IMG/VR virus record: IMGVR_UViG_3300045988_118516
Span: 1-38,567 of that record
DNA from: a virus
Direction: 5' to 3' (one strand)
DNA: 38,567 bases
The notes beneath the pieces are model-generated. The model worked only from the letters and a program-made list of their open reading frames with translations, searched no databases and was not told the origin of the DNA. Both the position numbers and the translations under genes were made by a program. Positions 29,195 to 38,567 of the stretch are shown one piece after another (position 1 is the stretch's first letter; every line of letters begins with the position of its first letter).

Positions 29195-30154
29195 TTATCC
29201 CTCCTTTGTAAGACCAGACACTGTCCAACCATTTGCAACCAATGTTGCAACAGCGTCATCGGATGCAGCCGTTCTTTTCATTCCGGTTGCTGTAAACGCG
29301 CCTGATTTGACGCCACTTGCGGCAAAATTTATCAAATTTGCGTCCATATCGGCTGACGTGATAGATGTTTTTGATACAGCAAATGTTTTTGGGTATTTTG
29401 TCCCAGAGTAAACGCCTGTAATATTTGAGCAGTAGCCTAAGTTAAGCACGCTTGCAATCTTACTGCCTAAATCAGATAAATCTCCTGTAATGTTTCGGCA
29501 GCCTTTTAAACTTAACCAATTTGTAATCTTACCGCCTAAATCAGACAAATCTCCTGTGATGTTTGGGCAGTTGTCTAAACTTAACCAATTTGCAATCTTA
29601 CCACCTAAATCAGACAAATCTCCTGTAATGTTTGGGCAGCTGCTTAAGTTTAGCGAGCTTGCAATCTTACCACCTAAATCAGACAAATCTCCTGTAATGT
29701 TTGGGCAGCTTTCTAAACTGAGCACGCTTGCAATCTTACCGCCTAAGTCTGATAAATCCATCTTGTTTGTAGTATCATTTTTGATTGTAAGGCTTTCGAT
29801 GGTATCACATTCCAGCGTAACCAGCCCATTGTCTGATTTTACGTCAAACGTGCAGTTACCCCCTTGCACTTGCTGCCCACCATACTGCCACACAACATTT
29901 GTACCAGTTGCGGTTGCAGTAAATGTACCTTTCCCATGCCGGAATTGGATGGTTTTCCGGTTTAGCTGTGCAATACTTGCATTCAGTGGTGCAATTGCGT
30001 TGCTGAGTGTTTCATCCGTCACGCTTCCACTTAGCCGTTCAACGATTCTTTCCAAAAATTCTTGCACTCGTGTGAGAGGCTTTGGCATCGGCACATCATC
30101 CCCGGCTGCTTTTGCTAAAAACTGCTCGTCACGTGTTAGCGGTTTTTTACTCAT
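29195..30154 (-). CDS. Tail fibre / receptor-binding protein with five leucine-rich-repeat-like 23-aa units, 319 aa
   Basis: The N-terminus KPLTRDEQFLAKAAGDDVPMPKPLTRVQEFLERI is a fibre-type N-terminal motif. It is followed by (DLSDLGGKIAxxLxLxxCPNITG) x5. GAGGAGG lies upstream of the ATG at 30154. Confidence 0.65.
   Translation of the reverse strand: MSKKPLTRDEQFLAKAAGDDVPMPKPLTRVQEFLERIVERLSGSVTDETLSNAIAPLNASIAQLNRKTIQFRHGKGTFTATATGTNVVWQYGGQQVQGGNCTFDVKSDNGLVTLECDTIESLTIKNDTTNKMDLSDLGGKIASVLSLESCPNITGDLSDLGGKIASSLNLSSCPNITGDLSDLGGKIANWLSLDNCPNITGDLSDLGGKITNWLSLKGCRNITGDLSDLGSKIASVLNLGYCSNITGVYSGTKYPKTFAVSKTSITSADMDANLINFAASGVKSGAFTATGMKRTAASDDAVATLVANGWTVSGLTKEG
29415..29759. repeat. Five tandem 69-bp repeats encoding the LRR-like units
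   Basis: cctgtaat/cctgtgat recurs at 29415, 29484, 29553, 29622 and 29691. Confidence 0.9.
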
Positions 30155-30332
30155 TGTCCGACGCCTCCTCTGGTACATAGCTGTCAATTGCGTCATTAAT
30201 TTCCGACAAATCGGATTCCGTGAGTACGCCTTTTTCCTGCCACCCGGCAGCATTTAAAATGATTTGATAATTTGCCATTTTCCCGATTGCGTCCAAAAAG
30301 CCTTTTTTTACAAAATCTCTCAAACTAAACAT
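30147..30332 (-). CDS. Small tail-fibre-associated protein (XkdX-like position), 61 aa
   Basis: Tightly packed between the two fibre genes. The family assignment is weak. Confidence 0.5.
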   Translation of the reverse strand: MFSLRDFVKKGFLDAIGKMANYQIILNAAGWQEKGVLTESDLSEINDAIDSYVPEEASDNE

Positions 30333-32278
30333 TATACATTGCCCCCTGTTGATAAAATTGCGGTTGTAGCGGCCGGCTGCGGTAAAACTTGCTGCCCATT
30401 TACAAATACCATGCCATTATTGGCATTCGTGTAAGGGAAATTACTTTCGTTACTCTGTGTAATCCGAACCATACTATTTGCCCCAGAATAAATGCCTTTT
30501 GTAGTACTATTGGTACAGCTGTAAATTTTTGCGTCACCTTGTCCGGTTACATAAACAGCATACTGTGCATTGCCTTTAAATTCCGTACCAGAACAGCAAA
30601 TGTTCGATATATCAGAGACACCAACTGCATTTTTAGAGTTGGCATTCACCACACAATCAGAAATCCGAACCGTTCCATTATACTGTGCAAGGATTGCGGT
30701 TGTGGATGTGTTTGCAGTATCGCTGTCGGTGTTGTCAATGGTGACTTTGGATAGATGCAAAAATCCATTTTCACAGACAAAATTCCCTTGAATGGTTGTT
30801 GTCGCTGCGGCATTGCCATAAATCCGAACATCTCGACCAAGCAGGGTTAATGTTTTGTCTGGAATGGGATAAGTTCCAGCTGCCAGATAAATCACGGCTT
30901 TTTTTGCGTACTGTGTGAACTGTAAAGCCCCGCTGAGTGTCTGCATGGCTTTTGCTGCGGTGCTGCCATTTTGTGCGTCTGAACCTGCAGCGGCATTAAC
31001 GTAAACTATTTTAGTGCTGCAAGCATCATCAAAATTGGAATGCAGTACAGTCAACTCGCCAATGACATTTTGTAAAGCTTGAATGTGCTGCAAATCGGCT
31101 GGCGAAAGGCTGTTTAAAACTGCCATGTTGTTGTGAGAATGATGTGTGTTTTTGATTACGTTCCATTTTTTAGCGTCAATATCATCAAGTACGCTCTTGT
31201 TATCGTGCGTATGTGCAGAGGCCTTTAGCGTATCCACATCCGGCGACAAATCCAGTACAAACAGCCCATCCGTTACAATATCCAGTGCATTGTGAGATAC
31301 GGTGCTGATAGACGGCAATATCTGCCACGTTTGCTTGCCATATACAGTTACCAGTTTGGCGGTGCAATACATTGCATGTGCATTGCCATCCCATCCGGGT
31401 GTATAATCACCCCACAGTGTAGCCTCTGCGTTTGTGCCGTTTTTGACGGACGCTGTGGTTGTGCCGTTTTTGTCAGTGATTGTGATTGTTGCCCCGGTAT
31501 CTGTTTCAGTGACGGTTGCTGTAGGAGAGTAACCGTCTGTACCGTTTTTCCCGTCAACCCCGTTTGTTCCGTCTTTTCCGTTTACGCCGTCCTTGCCGGG
31601 TGTTCCGGCGTCGCCTTTTTCTCCTTTTTCGCCACGTTCTCCCTTTTCACCGGGTGTTCCAGGCTCGCCCTGGTCACCTTTTTCACCTTTTGCTCCGGTC
31701 TTTCCTTGCTTTCCAGGGTCACCTTTTTCCCCAGTTTCTCCCTTGTCGCCTTTATCTCCCTTTGCAGGCTGCTCGGAATCCTGATAAACACCCGTTGCAG
31801 CGTCGTACAACCACCACGTGCCGTTCTGGATAATCGGAGCTTTCGCAATCAATTGCTCTGCTTGTGAGAGGATGGACTGCATCTCACGCAACGCCTTGTC
31901 AATCGCATCAATTCCGCCCTTGTATTGCTCCAAGATGGAATTGCGGACGACCATCGGGGTCATCTCATACTTAATGACAACCGTATCATCCTTTTGACCA
32001 ACAATTTCCGGCAGAAGTTCGCCGGGAACTGCCGTAAAATCCTCGGTAATTGCCCACGTCAGAATGATTTGGTTTTCAGTCGTTTCTTTTTCAAGGTTCT
32101 GCATGACAAGTCCACCGCCACTGTTGACGGCTCGTAGCGTAAACAGGCAATCAGATAAATCAGTCTGGTGGTAGTACCGGTCAATGGCAATTTGGATTTT
32201 ATCGGCGTTTTTTTCGCCGGCACTGAGCAGATGCTTGATGTTTGCCGTGTCGATGTATTTTTGATTTGCTGTTAGCAT
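30332..32278 (-). CDS. Tail fibre with a collagen-like stalk and a C-terminal parallel beta-helix (depolymerase-like) domain, 648 aa
   Basis: 25 G-X-Y triplets. The C-terminal part has repetitive G/N/T-rich segments (IQGNFVCENG..., VNANSKNAVGV..., GNAQYAVYVTG...). AAGGGAGA lies upstream of the ATG at 32278. Confidence 0.7.
   Translation of the reverse strand: MLTANQKYIDTANIKHLLSAGEKNADKIQIAIDRYYHQTDLSDCLFTLRAVNSGGGLVMQNLEKETTENQIILTWAITEDFTAVPGELLPEIVGQKDDTVVIKYEMTPMVVRNSILEQYKGGIDAIDKALREMQSILSQAEQLIAKAPIIQNGTWWLYDAATGVYQDSEQPAKGDKGDKGETGEKGDPGKQGKTGAKGEKGDQGEPGTPGEKGERGEKGEKGDAGTPGKDGVNGKDGTNGVDGKNGTDGYSPTATVTETDTGATITITDKNGTTTASVKNGTNAEATLWGDYTPGWDGNAHAMYCTAKLVTVYGKQTWQILPSISTVSHNALDIVTDGLFVLDLSPDVDTLKASAHTHDNKSVLDDIDAKKWNVIKNTHHSHNNMAVLNSLSPADLQHIQALQNVIGELTVLHSNFDDACSTKIVYVNAAAGSDAQNGSTAAKAMQTLSGALQFTQYAKKAVIYLAAGTYPIPDKTLTLLGRDVRIYGNAAATTTIQGNFVCENGFLHLSKVTIDNTDSDTANTSTTAILAQYNGTVRISDCVVNANSKNAVGVSDISNICCSGTEFKGNAQYAVYVTGQGDAKIYSCTNSTTKGIYSGANSMVRITQSNESNFPYTNANNGMVFVNGQQVLPQPAATTAILSTGGNV
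31532..31759. repeat. Collagen-like G-X-Y x25 coding repeat
   Basis: GDKGDKGETGEKGDPGKQGKTGAKGEKGDQGEPGTPGEKGERGEKGEKGDAGTPGKDGVNGKDGTNGVDGKNGTDG. Confidence 0.9.
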
Positions 32279-32291
32279 GGTATCATCTCCC

Positions 32292-33824
32292 TTACAAGTT
32301 ATTGATAGCATCCCAGAGGGCATTGATTGCGTTTTTAAATTCTTCGTTTTCAACTTTGTTATCTTCTAAATTTTGTATATCTGATACATTCTTGTCAGCA
32401 TAATTCCAAGCTTCGTCTGCTTTCGCTAAAGCAATTTTTTTAGCACTTGCTGCCACAATGTCCGCATGACGTTTCGATGCATTTTCGGAATTAAATGCCA
32501 ACGACCGCTTTGCAGCCTGTGCCAGCACTCTGGTGTCCTTCCCGGTGCAGGAAAACTCCCATCCGCCACGAAACTTCCAGGTCATGTTTGTAATGGTGCT
32601 TTCCGCCCATTTTCCAGGCTGATATTCGATTTCAATTCGCTGCCCCAACTTGGGGAAGTGGTCAATGTCATCAAATTTCAGATAGCATTTTAATTGAAAC
32701 GGTTTCAGCAACACATTATGAAACAGATAATTTGCTGCTGCTTCCACAATCGGATATTCGTTTTTGTCGTTTGTGTCCGGAAAGTCTTCTTGATAATTCA
32801 AAACCGTTTCCATTCTTCTTCCATCAAAAAAGCAATTGCTGGACAGGTCGATTTCCGCATTTCCCAGCATTGGCTTGTATTCCCTTGCATTTGTCCATCC
32901 AGTATCATCATAGGTTTTAAAATAGACCTTTTGAATATAGATGTTATACGATGCCACATCACAGCTATCTCTTGCAATGGAAGAAAACGGAACACGTATT
33001 TTGTCTTTAAAAAAGCCAAATGGGACAAGAGAAAAAGGTACTTGTGAATCATTGTTCTGATACTGGTCATTTCGCATACAAACAAAGGAACAAGCCGGCT
33101 TTGCAAGGGCAGAGATATAATCAATCGCACTGTATCGGGTATTTCTGGATTCTCCCTCTTCTGATTTTCTCATCAGTGTATAACCGCTGTAGGAATTTCC
33201 CAGTTTTGGATTATCATTCGGGATAGAATTGATATGTTCATAAGCAAGTGGCTTTTCTGCAATCATATTTTGCAGAATGTCATTCGTCCATGTGACAATA
33301 TCCGTTACAATTTCATGCAGAGGATAAACACCACCGTCACCGCCGCCCTCATAACCTTCCAGTTTATCCCTCAGTTTTTTGGATACTTCGCTTTCATCGT
33401 CATCAACTTTTCCAGAACCGGACGAAATGGAATTGTTATTTAGCCATACCAAGGCATCCGATGCCCGAAGCGTGTACAGCGTTTTTTTACGGGATACAGA
33501 TGTCACCCAGAACATTCCACGGAAAATCCAATCTGACGGCTTAGGCTCTTTTTGATAGCAGCTGTACAGAATGATTTTTGCACCATACAAGTTATATGCA
33601 TTGATGCCGTCTTGCTCTAAGTGCAGCTGAATGGATAGTTCTGCCGGGCGGACACTGCCAAGGGAAAAGGTGCTGCTGTCACAGGCAGAGGATTTGATGG
33701 AACAGCTATTCCGGATAATATCAGAATCGGTAAAAGCAATGTCCGTTGTATATTCGGCATAATCACCATTATCCAGATAGCAGGGAACAGAGAGAATGCC
33801 CTTTACATGCTCGTAAATCACCAT
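32292..33824 (-). CDS. Tail-associated protein (Tal / prophage tail endopeptidase-type baseplate protein), 510 aa
   Basis: Follows Dit. The size and position are typical, and the RBS is AGAGGAGGTG. Confidence 0.65.
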   Translation of the reverse strand: MVIYEHVKGILSVPCYLDNGDYAEYTTDIAFTDSDIIRNSCSIKSSACDSSTFSLGSVRPAELSIQLHLEQDGINAYNLYGAKIILYSCYQKEPKPSDWIFRGMFWVTSVSRKKTLYTLRASDALVWLNNNSISSGSGKVDDDESEVSKKLRDKLEGYEGGGDGGVYPLHEIVTDIVTWTNDILQNMIAEKPLAYEHINSIPNDNPKLGNSYSGYTLMRKSEEGESRNTRYSAIDYISALAKPACSFVCMRNDQYQNNDSQVPFSLVPFGFFKDKIRVPFSSIARDSCDVASYNIYIQKVYFKTYDDTGWTNAREYKPMLGNAEIDLSSNCFFDGRRMETVLNYQEDFPDTNDKNEYPIVEAAANYLFHNVLLKPFQLKCYLKFDDIDHFPKLGQRIEIEYQPGKWAESTITNMTWKFRGGWEFSCTGKDTRVLAQAAKRSLAFNSENASKRHADIVAASAKKIALAKADEAWNYADKNVSDIQNLEDNKVENEEFKNAINALWDAINNL

Positions 33825-33827
33825 GGT

Positions 33828-34712
33828 TTACACCTCCTCTAGGCTGACAGAAATATAATAGATACCAGTTTGATTTTCACTTTTTTGCAATTCTTGCAAC
33901 TCATAAAAATATCCGTTATTTGTATCATACTCCAGCGTTTGATATAAAAACGGATTATTGTAATAATGCGGATTTTTTGAGATTGTTTGCACTTGAATGT
34001 CGGATGTTTTCCGAAACATACCAAACTGTTCTGCTGCATCAGTTGGGGATTGGTACAGCATCAAAATTTCCGATTGCTGGAAAAATTCCGTTAAGATGTT
34101 TAGCGTGTCGAGGTTACACTCTAACTCCAAATCGATTTTACGCTTGCCAACTCGAACCGGATATTGGATAGTGTGTCCAGTTTCGTTTTCATAGGTGTTT
34201 GTGATTTCCGAATAAGATACATCAAATTTTGTGAATTGGTGAATCAAATAGTTATGATACTCTGTTGTCCAAACACGGAGTTCTGTGTCGCTGTCTTTGT
34301 TTGCACGGTACATCCTGCCAGTACTTAAATCATAGCAAAAAACAGGCGTTCGTAAATCAACAACGCGTCCATCGCTACTTTGATAGTTGCTGACAGTACC
34401 ATCCACTTTAGTAAAAACTTCTGTGTTTTTTGTTATGATTGCGTTTCCGTTTTCGTGGTCTGCAGGGAGTCCAATGCTTGTAAGCCGGATGCGTGCATCC
34501 TCATCCAGTGCCAGGATGTCAACATCTCCGCTCTTAAAAACAATCCCGTTTGATACTCGCTCTATTGTTGTATCCTGTAAGGTTGTTGCCGTTTGCCAGT
34601 TAAAATTTGTTGCAATACCGTAAGAGCCGCCGGTAATCAGCTGGATGTAAACCGGGCTTATTTCCTCAATGTAATCTTCTTTCCTGTGCTTCAGCTGTAT
34701 CACACGCTCCAC
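33828..34712 (-). CDS. Distal tail protein (Dit), about 291-294 aa
   Basis: Lies immediately after the tape-measure gene. The start is GTG at 34712 or at 34703. Confidence 0.65.
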   Translation of the reverse strand: MERVIQLKHRKEDYIEEISPVYIQLITGGSYGIATNFNWQTATTLQDTTIERVSNGIVFKSGDVDILALDEDARIRLTSIGLPADHENGNAIITKNTEVFTKVDGTVSNYQSSDGRVVDLRTPVFCYDLSTGRMYRANKDSDTELRVWTTEYHNYLIHQFTKFDVSYSEITNTYENETGHTIQYPVRVGKRKIDLELECNLDTLNILTEFFQQSEILMLYQSPTDAAEQFGMFRKTSDIQVQTISKNPHYYNNPFLYQTLEYDTNNGYFYELQELQKSENQTGIYYISVSLEEV

Positions 34713-37700
34713 CCCCCACTGCTTGCATTTGCTCTTGTAATGGCGTTTACAACGACTGTTTCAAGCGTTTCATCGCCGATGCTGACTGGGATAATGATGT
34801 CGCGGATACCCTGATTGTTTTGCGTTGGAGTTGGCTGCTGCTGCATATCTGCTGTTTGTATCTGTTGATATGCAGGATTATATGCAGACACTGCAGAGCT
34901 GCCCTGATTGGACATAATGCCCAGAGTTTGTGGCACAAGAGCCTGTGCGATCTCAGCGGTAACGCCAACATTCGGCAAAACGTCAGTTGCTGCATTAACG
35001 GCAGCTGTAACGCTGTTTTTAGATGCATCTTGCACCGCTGGCGTACTCTTTTGCAAGCCTGCTGCTGTACCTAAGCCTAACATATAACCGACCTCGTCAC
35101 GCATAATGTGTGACGGAGAATAAATCGCACCGGCTGCTTTTGCCGCATCAATTGCAGCAGTAACGCCATTGATAGCGGACGTTGCAATTGCTATTGCTGC
35201 TGCATCAATACCATCCGCAATGCCCAATCCTAAATAATAACCTGTATCGCTGCAAGTACTATACATGTCATTTTGGACGTTTGCCATCGCACTGTTGATA
35301 ATTGATTTTTCTGCCTCTTCGAGGGCAGACCCGCCTTTTTCCGCTCCGGCTGCCATGTCGGACGTAAAGTTTACGCCTAAGGAATCTGCAATCTTTTTAA
35401 GGCTTTCGCCATCGTTTAGACGGTTTTGGATATAAGTGTTTAAAGCAGTGATTTGGTCGTCATGGCTCATCCCAGCTGCTGCAATGGTATCGACAAAATT
35501 TGTTCCGATTTTTGTGGCGTGCTCGCCTGTGGACGCTTCCGCCTCCACGATTGCTTGATTCCACAAATAAAGTGCATTTTGTAGTTGCTCGTCTGATACC
35601 AATTCCGGACTTTTTTTCTGCGTTTCCAGCAGTGTTTCGTATTGGCTTTGGAAGTCAGATACCTGTTGCTTTAGTTCTTCTCGTGTACCCGTGGACGCAG
35701 TGACGAAATCGGATGATAACTTTGCAAAATCCTCGCCGACCTTGTCAAAATCTTCGTTTAACAAGTCCTCTTGCATCCCCTTATATCGGGAGATATATGC
35801 AAGAGATGTTTCCAATTCGGCATTGTTTTTTGCCCGTGCTTCGGTGGTTTCGTCAATTTTTTGGTTATATCCGTCAAGCTGCGATTTCAATTCCTCGACT
35901 CTTTTGGCAACGCTTGCATCAACAATAATATCGCCGTTTTTGTCTGTACCAAGCGAGTGATTTTTATAAATCTCATCCAACTCTTTTCGCACATTTCCGG
36001 CTTGTCTACTGGTTTCCTCGAGGCTTTTTGCATACTCCGTCTCGTTGTCCAAAAGCTGTTGCTGACTGCCTAATGCCTCTTGATAACCTTGCTCTGCAAC
36101 ACTTAACAGGTTTTGTGCGTGCTGCTTTTCGATGACCTTGTCAATGCTGCTTGAGATTTGGTCATAAGATGCTACAACCTCGCCGTTTTTTTGGATAACT
36201 CCGTCAGACACCGTCAACCCTGTATCTGCGTACTGGTTAAGCTGGTCGATGATGTCAGATACTTTTTGCTCTGCTCCAGCTTTGATTGTACCGTCCGCGT
36301 TGATTAACTCGCCTAAAGAGTCTTTGAGTTTTACAACACTCTCATAATCAAACGACTCTGTTGTAAAATTGCTGTCCATGTTTTTTTTGATGTTGTCCCA
36401 AGAGTCGGCAAACTCGTTGGTTGCATCAATAGATTTTTGCAGCTCTGCAGGGATTTCGGCGGCTTTGTCCGTGATGCCTTGTAAATATGCCTGATGTTTG
36501 CTTGACATGCTCCGCAGTGCTGTTTCCAGCCCCACAAGGGCACTCACTCCAATTGCAATCCAGCCAAGCGGATTAGATGTGTTTAACGCCTTAAACGCTG
36601 TTTTGATTGTTTTTGCGGTCGTAACCGCAGAACTACCAAAATCCGTGATTTTTTTAACTGCAAACGCTGCCGCAATCGCTGCTGCAATTGGCTTTGCGTG
36701 TTCTACGATTTCGCCCAGATGTTCCGACACATAGTCAATTGCTTTTTCGATTTTTGGCATGTACTTTTGTGCAATCGGCAAAACAACTTCCGTTTCGACC
36801 TGACGTTTCAGCTTTTCAAATTGGCTGCCCAAATCATCAAACTGCAGGTCAGATAGCTGATTCATTGCATCCGATGTAGTGGAGATTTCGCCCTGTGTAT
36901 TCATCAGGGCTTGCACAGCACTTTCGCCGATGTCTTCCCACTGTGTTCCCATCAACGTCTGACCCAGCACATAGCGGTCTTGCTCGTTCTCCACCTGCGA
37001 CAATGCCGTCATGATTCCTTGGATTGCTTCCTGTGCATCAGAGCCGCCAGCAGCGAGTTTTCCCTTGATTTCGTCCAGATTAAATCCCAGCGTTTGCAGT
37101 GCCTTGTCTGCCGTGCCGTCATTTAAGCGGATGTTCATTTCTTTCACTGCATCGCCCAGCTTATCGACCGACCACGTACCGTTTTGTACGCCATTTGCAA
37201 GCATATTAAACATATCCTCAGCGGAATAGCCCAGATTTGCAAACTGCACGGAATACTCGTTTAACGTGTCCAGCATGTCACCATTTTGGTCAAGTCCCTT
37301 TTGTGCACCCTGTGCAATCAGCGTGTAAGCCTCGTCTGCAGTAATACCAAACGTGCTCATCAGCTGCGTGGCAGCCTGCAGGGAGTCGTTGACCTCATAT
37401 CCAAACGCATTTTGCAGGGTGTATGCGTCTTCTGTCGCCTTTTGCAGTTCTTCTCCGACAAGCCCCGTCCGCTTGTACACCTCTGCCACGCTGGCGGCTG
37501 CATCTTCCATGGATTCCCCGAAATTGTCCGCATACACGTTGGACGCAATGCCCTGCAGATTTTCCAGTTCCTGCCCGGCTGCTCCTGTAGAGATTGCCAC
37601 CTGATTCATGGCTTTCTCGTAAGAAACGCCCACTTCTGTGATTTCTTTCGCCCCGTATGCCAGACCAGCGGCAGCAAGGGCGTTTTGCAGTTTCTTAGAA

Positions 37701-38098
37701 AATTGATCTACAGAAGTATTGGCTGCTTCAAGGCTTTTTTCCACATTCTGTGGAATCCCATCGAAAGATTGTGTTGCAATTTCTCCCACATTTTGCAGTT
37801 CCGCTTCCACCTTGTCTGCAAAGTCGGAAACAGTTCTTTCTGCTGCTTGGAAAGATGTGGAACTTTCTTTTACTTCCGCCCATGCTTTTTTCATCGCATC
37901 CGAAGCAGTCATTCCGGCTTCTTTGTATGTTGCTGCTAACTTTGCAACCTGAGACTTTATGCTGCTAAATGATTGTTCGGTTTCTTTTTCTGCTGCAGTG
38001 GCAGCACCTGAAATGGATTCTTCCATTTTTGACAAATCTTTTTCCAAATTATCTGTATTGATTCGGGAATCAAATGCAATCGTTCCATCATTTGCCAT
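34700..38098 (-). CDS. Tape measure protein, 1132 aa
   Basis: The largest ORF in the window. It is Ala/Gln/Glu-rich and helical, with a hydrophobic central segment (PLGWIAIGVSALVGL). GAGGAGG lies upstream of the ATG at 38098. Confidence 0.9.
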   Translation of the reverse strand: MANDGTIAFDSRINTDNLEKDLSKMEESISGAATAAEKETEQSFSSIKSQVAKLAATYKEAGMTASDAMKKAWAEVKESSTSFQAAERTVSDFADKVEAELQNVGEIATQSFDGIPQNVEKSLEAANTSVDQFSKKLQNALAAAGLAYGAKEITEVGVSYEKAMNQVAISTGAAGQELENLQGIASNVYADNFGESMEDAAASVAEVYKRTGLVGEELQKATEDAYTLQNAFGYEVNDSLQAATQLMSTFGITADEAYTLIAQGAQKGLDQNGDMLDTLNEYSVQFANLGYSAEDMFNMLANGVQNGTWSVDKLGDAVKEMNIRLNDGTADKALQTLGFNLDEIKGKLAAGGSDAQEAIQGIMTALSQVENEQDRYVLGQTLMGTQWEDIGESAVQALMNTQGEISTTSDAMNQLSDLQFDDLGSQFEKLKRQVETEVVLPIAQKYMPKIEKAIDYVSEHLGEIVEHAKPIAAAIAAAFAVKKITDFGSSAVTTAKTIKTAFKALNTSNPLGWIAIGVSALVGLETALRSMSSKHQAYLQGITDKAAEIPAELQKSIDATNEFADSWDNIKKNMDSNFTTESFDYESVVKLKDSLGELINADGTIKAGAEQKVSDIIDQLNQYADTGLTVSDGVIQKNGEVVASYDQISSSIDKVIEKQHAQNLLSVAEQGYQEALGSQQQLLDNETEYAKSLEETSRQAGNVRKELDEIYKNHSLGTDKNGDIIVDASVAKRVEELKSQLDGYNQKIDETTEARAKNNAELETSLAYISRYKGMQEDLLNEDFDKVGEDFAKLSSDFVTASTGTREELKQQVSDFQSQYETLLETQKKSPELVSDEQLQNALYLWNQAIVEAEASTGEHATKIGTNFVDTIAAAGMSHDDQITALNTYIQNRLNDGESLKKIADSLGVNFTSDMAAGAEKGGSALEEAEKSIINSAMANVQNDMYSTCSDTGYYLGLGIADGIDAAAIAIATSAINGVTAAIDAAKAAGAIYSPSHIMRDEVGYMLGLGTAAGLQKSTPAVQDASKNSVTAAVNAATDVLPNVGVTAEIAQALVPQTLGIMSNQGSSAVSAYNPAYQQIQTADMQQQPTPTQNNQGIRDIIIPVSIGDETLETVVVNAITRANASSGGWSV

Positions 38099-38113
38099 TT
38101 CCACCACCTCCTC

Positions 38114-38567
38114 TTATCCAAATAAATTTCCTACTTCTGCCGCTGTCATTGGCGGTCGTGGAATTGCAACTGCTCGCTGGATTTTTGCAAGTCTTGCCCG
38201 CTCTTTTTTGTCTTTGATTGCCCCTAAGTTGACGCTCCGGTATGCAATCCGCTGCTTTGTGCTGCTGTCCTCCGGCATTCCCTCAAACAGTGCATTAAAC
38301 GCAAACCAATGCAGCTGTGCAGTCTGCAAATTGATTTGATAAAACCGCAAAAAATCGGCGAACAAATACGGGCTATCGTGCAAATAGGAAAAAACAGGTG
38401 CGGATGTGCCTGTACCTTTTGCTTTTGGCAACGACTTACATGCTGCAAATTCTTGCAACGCCTGATAGGCTGCAATCATATTATCCGGTCGCTCTATGTA
38501 CCAATTCATGGATATGTGGACTTTTTCAACATCCGTCAAACTTTTGTCCTCATGTAACAAAAAAAAC
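38114..38567 (-). CDS. Tail assembly chaperone, Gp15-like: C-terminal segment of the junction-spanning gene (start at 206)
   Basis: YLHDSPYLFADFLRFYQINLQTAQLHWFAFNALFEGMPEDS resembles the Bacteriophage Gp15 family. The gene lies directly upstream of the tape-measure gene. The TTG start at 38560 in the ORF track is a window-edge artefact. Confidence 0.75.
   Translation of the reverse strand, partial: FFLLHEDKSLTDVEKVHISMNWYIERPDNMIAAYQALQEFAACKSLPKAKGTGTSAPVFSYLHDSPYLFADFLRFYQINLQTAQLHWFAFNALFEGMPEDSSTKQRIAYRSVNLGAIKDKKERARLAKIQRAVAIPRPPMTAAEVGNLFG
38469..38567. repeat. Terminal overlap copy B, identical to 1-99
   Basis: Direct comparison with the start of the window. Confidence 0.95.

Larger units (their letters stand above)
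1..38567. mobile_element. Complete circularly permuted temperate siphovirus-type phage genome (unique length about 38468 bp); probable non-integrating phage-plasmid
   Basis: Full set of packaging, head, tail, lysis, replication and immunity modules. The window ends overlap by 99 identical bases. No integrase-like ORF is present. Confidence 0.85.

Noticed and set aside
29490-30257. 255-aa plus-strand ORF with internal repeats
   Set aside because: It is an antisense shadow of the LRR-like fibre gene. It has no RBS and runs opposite to the tightly coupled late operon.
29415-31759. Diversity-generating retroelement acting on the fibre genes
   Set aside because: There is no reverse transcriptase ORF anywhere in the closed genome, and no template/variable repeat pair with adenine-specific differences. 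The repeats are in-gene tandem units.
31292-31867. 191-aa plus-strand ORF (plus the smaller ORFs at 31564-31848)
   Set aside because: These are shadows of the collagen-like G-X-Y coding repeat, which keeps several frames open.
1-38567. Integrase, excisionase, tRNA, rRNA or transposase genes
   Set aside because: I looked through all ORFs above 60 aa and the intergenic gaps. None shows recombinase motifs or tRNA-like cloverleaf sequences. Absence is judged by eye and should be confirmed with HMM and tRNAscan searches.

Overview
The window is a complete, circularly closed tailed-phage genome of about 38.47 kb. Positions 1-99 are identical to 38469-38567, so the linear window is a permuted circle. 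The phage is siphovirus-type, and its gene families suggest a Firmicutes/Clostridia-like host. Nearly all genes are on the minus strand in one long early-to-late series. The early and replication block runs 21837->9109: two AT-rich cassette genes, an AntA/KilAC antirepressor, small Zn-ribbon proteins, Gp157, an AAA_24 ATPase, a DUF669 SSB-like protein, a replisome organizer carrying internal origin-like repeats, a T7 gp4-like primase-helicase, an SF2 helicase, VRR-NUC, a PAPS-reductase-like enzyme and a sigma-r4-like late regulator. The packaging, head and tail block runs 8978->184 and continues across the junction to 38567->28582: TerS, TerL, portal, minor capsid protein, scaffold, capsid, connectors, major tail protein, chaperones, tape measure, Dit, Tal, a collagen/beta-helix fibre, an LRR fibre and a holin. 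A DNA methyltransferase is translationally coupled to the holin. The plus strand carries only four genes: a CI-like repressor, a Zn-ribbon membrane protein, a coiled-coil/HTH protein and a 74-aa protein. Each has a near-consensus sigma-A promoter and an intrinsic terminator. The main points are as follows. (1) There is no integrase or att anywhere in the closed circle, but there is a self-contained RepB/Rep_3 iteron replicon at 23480-24790, so this is probably a phage-plasmid. (2) A plus-strand island splits the lysis cassette and contains a promoter, a ~150-nt structured RNA, a terminator and a small ORF. (3) Two AT-rich early gene cassettes are each followed by an identical 25-nt element. 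(4) The immunity switch has two perfect back-to-back consensus promoters that carry a shared ACGCCC motif. All functional calls come from reading motifs and gene order by eye. No database search was run.
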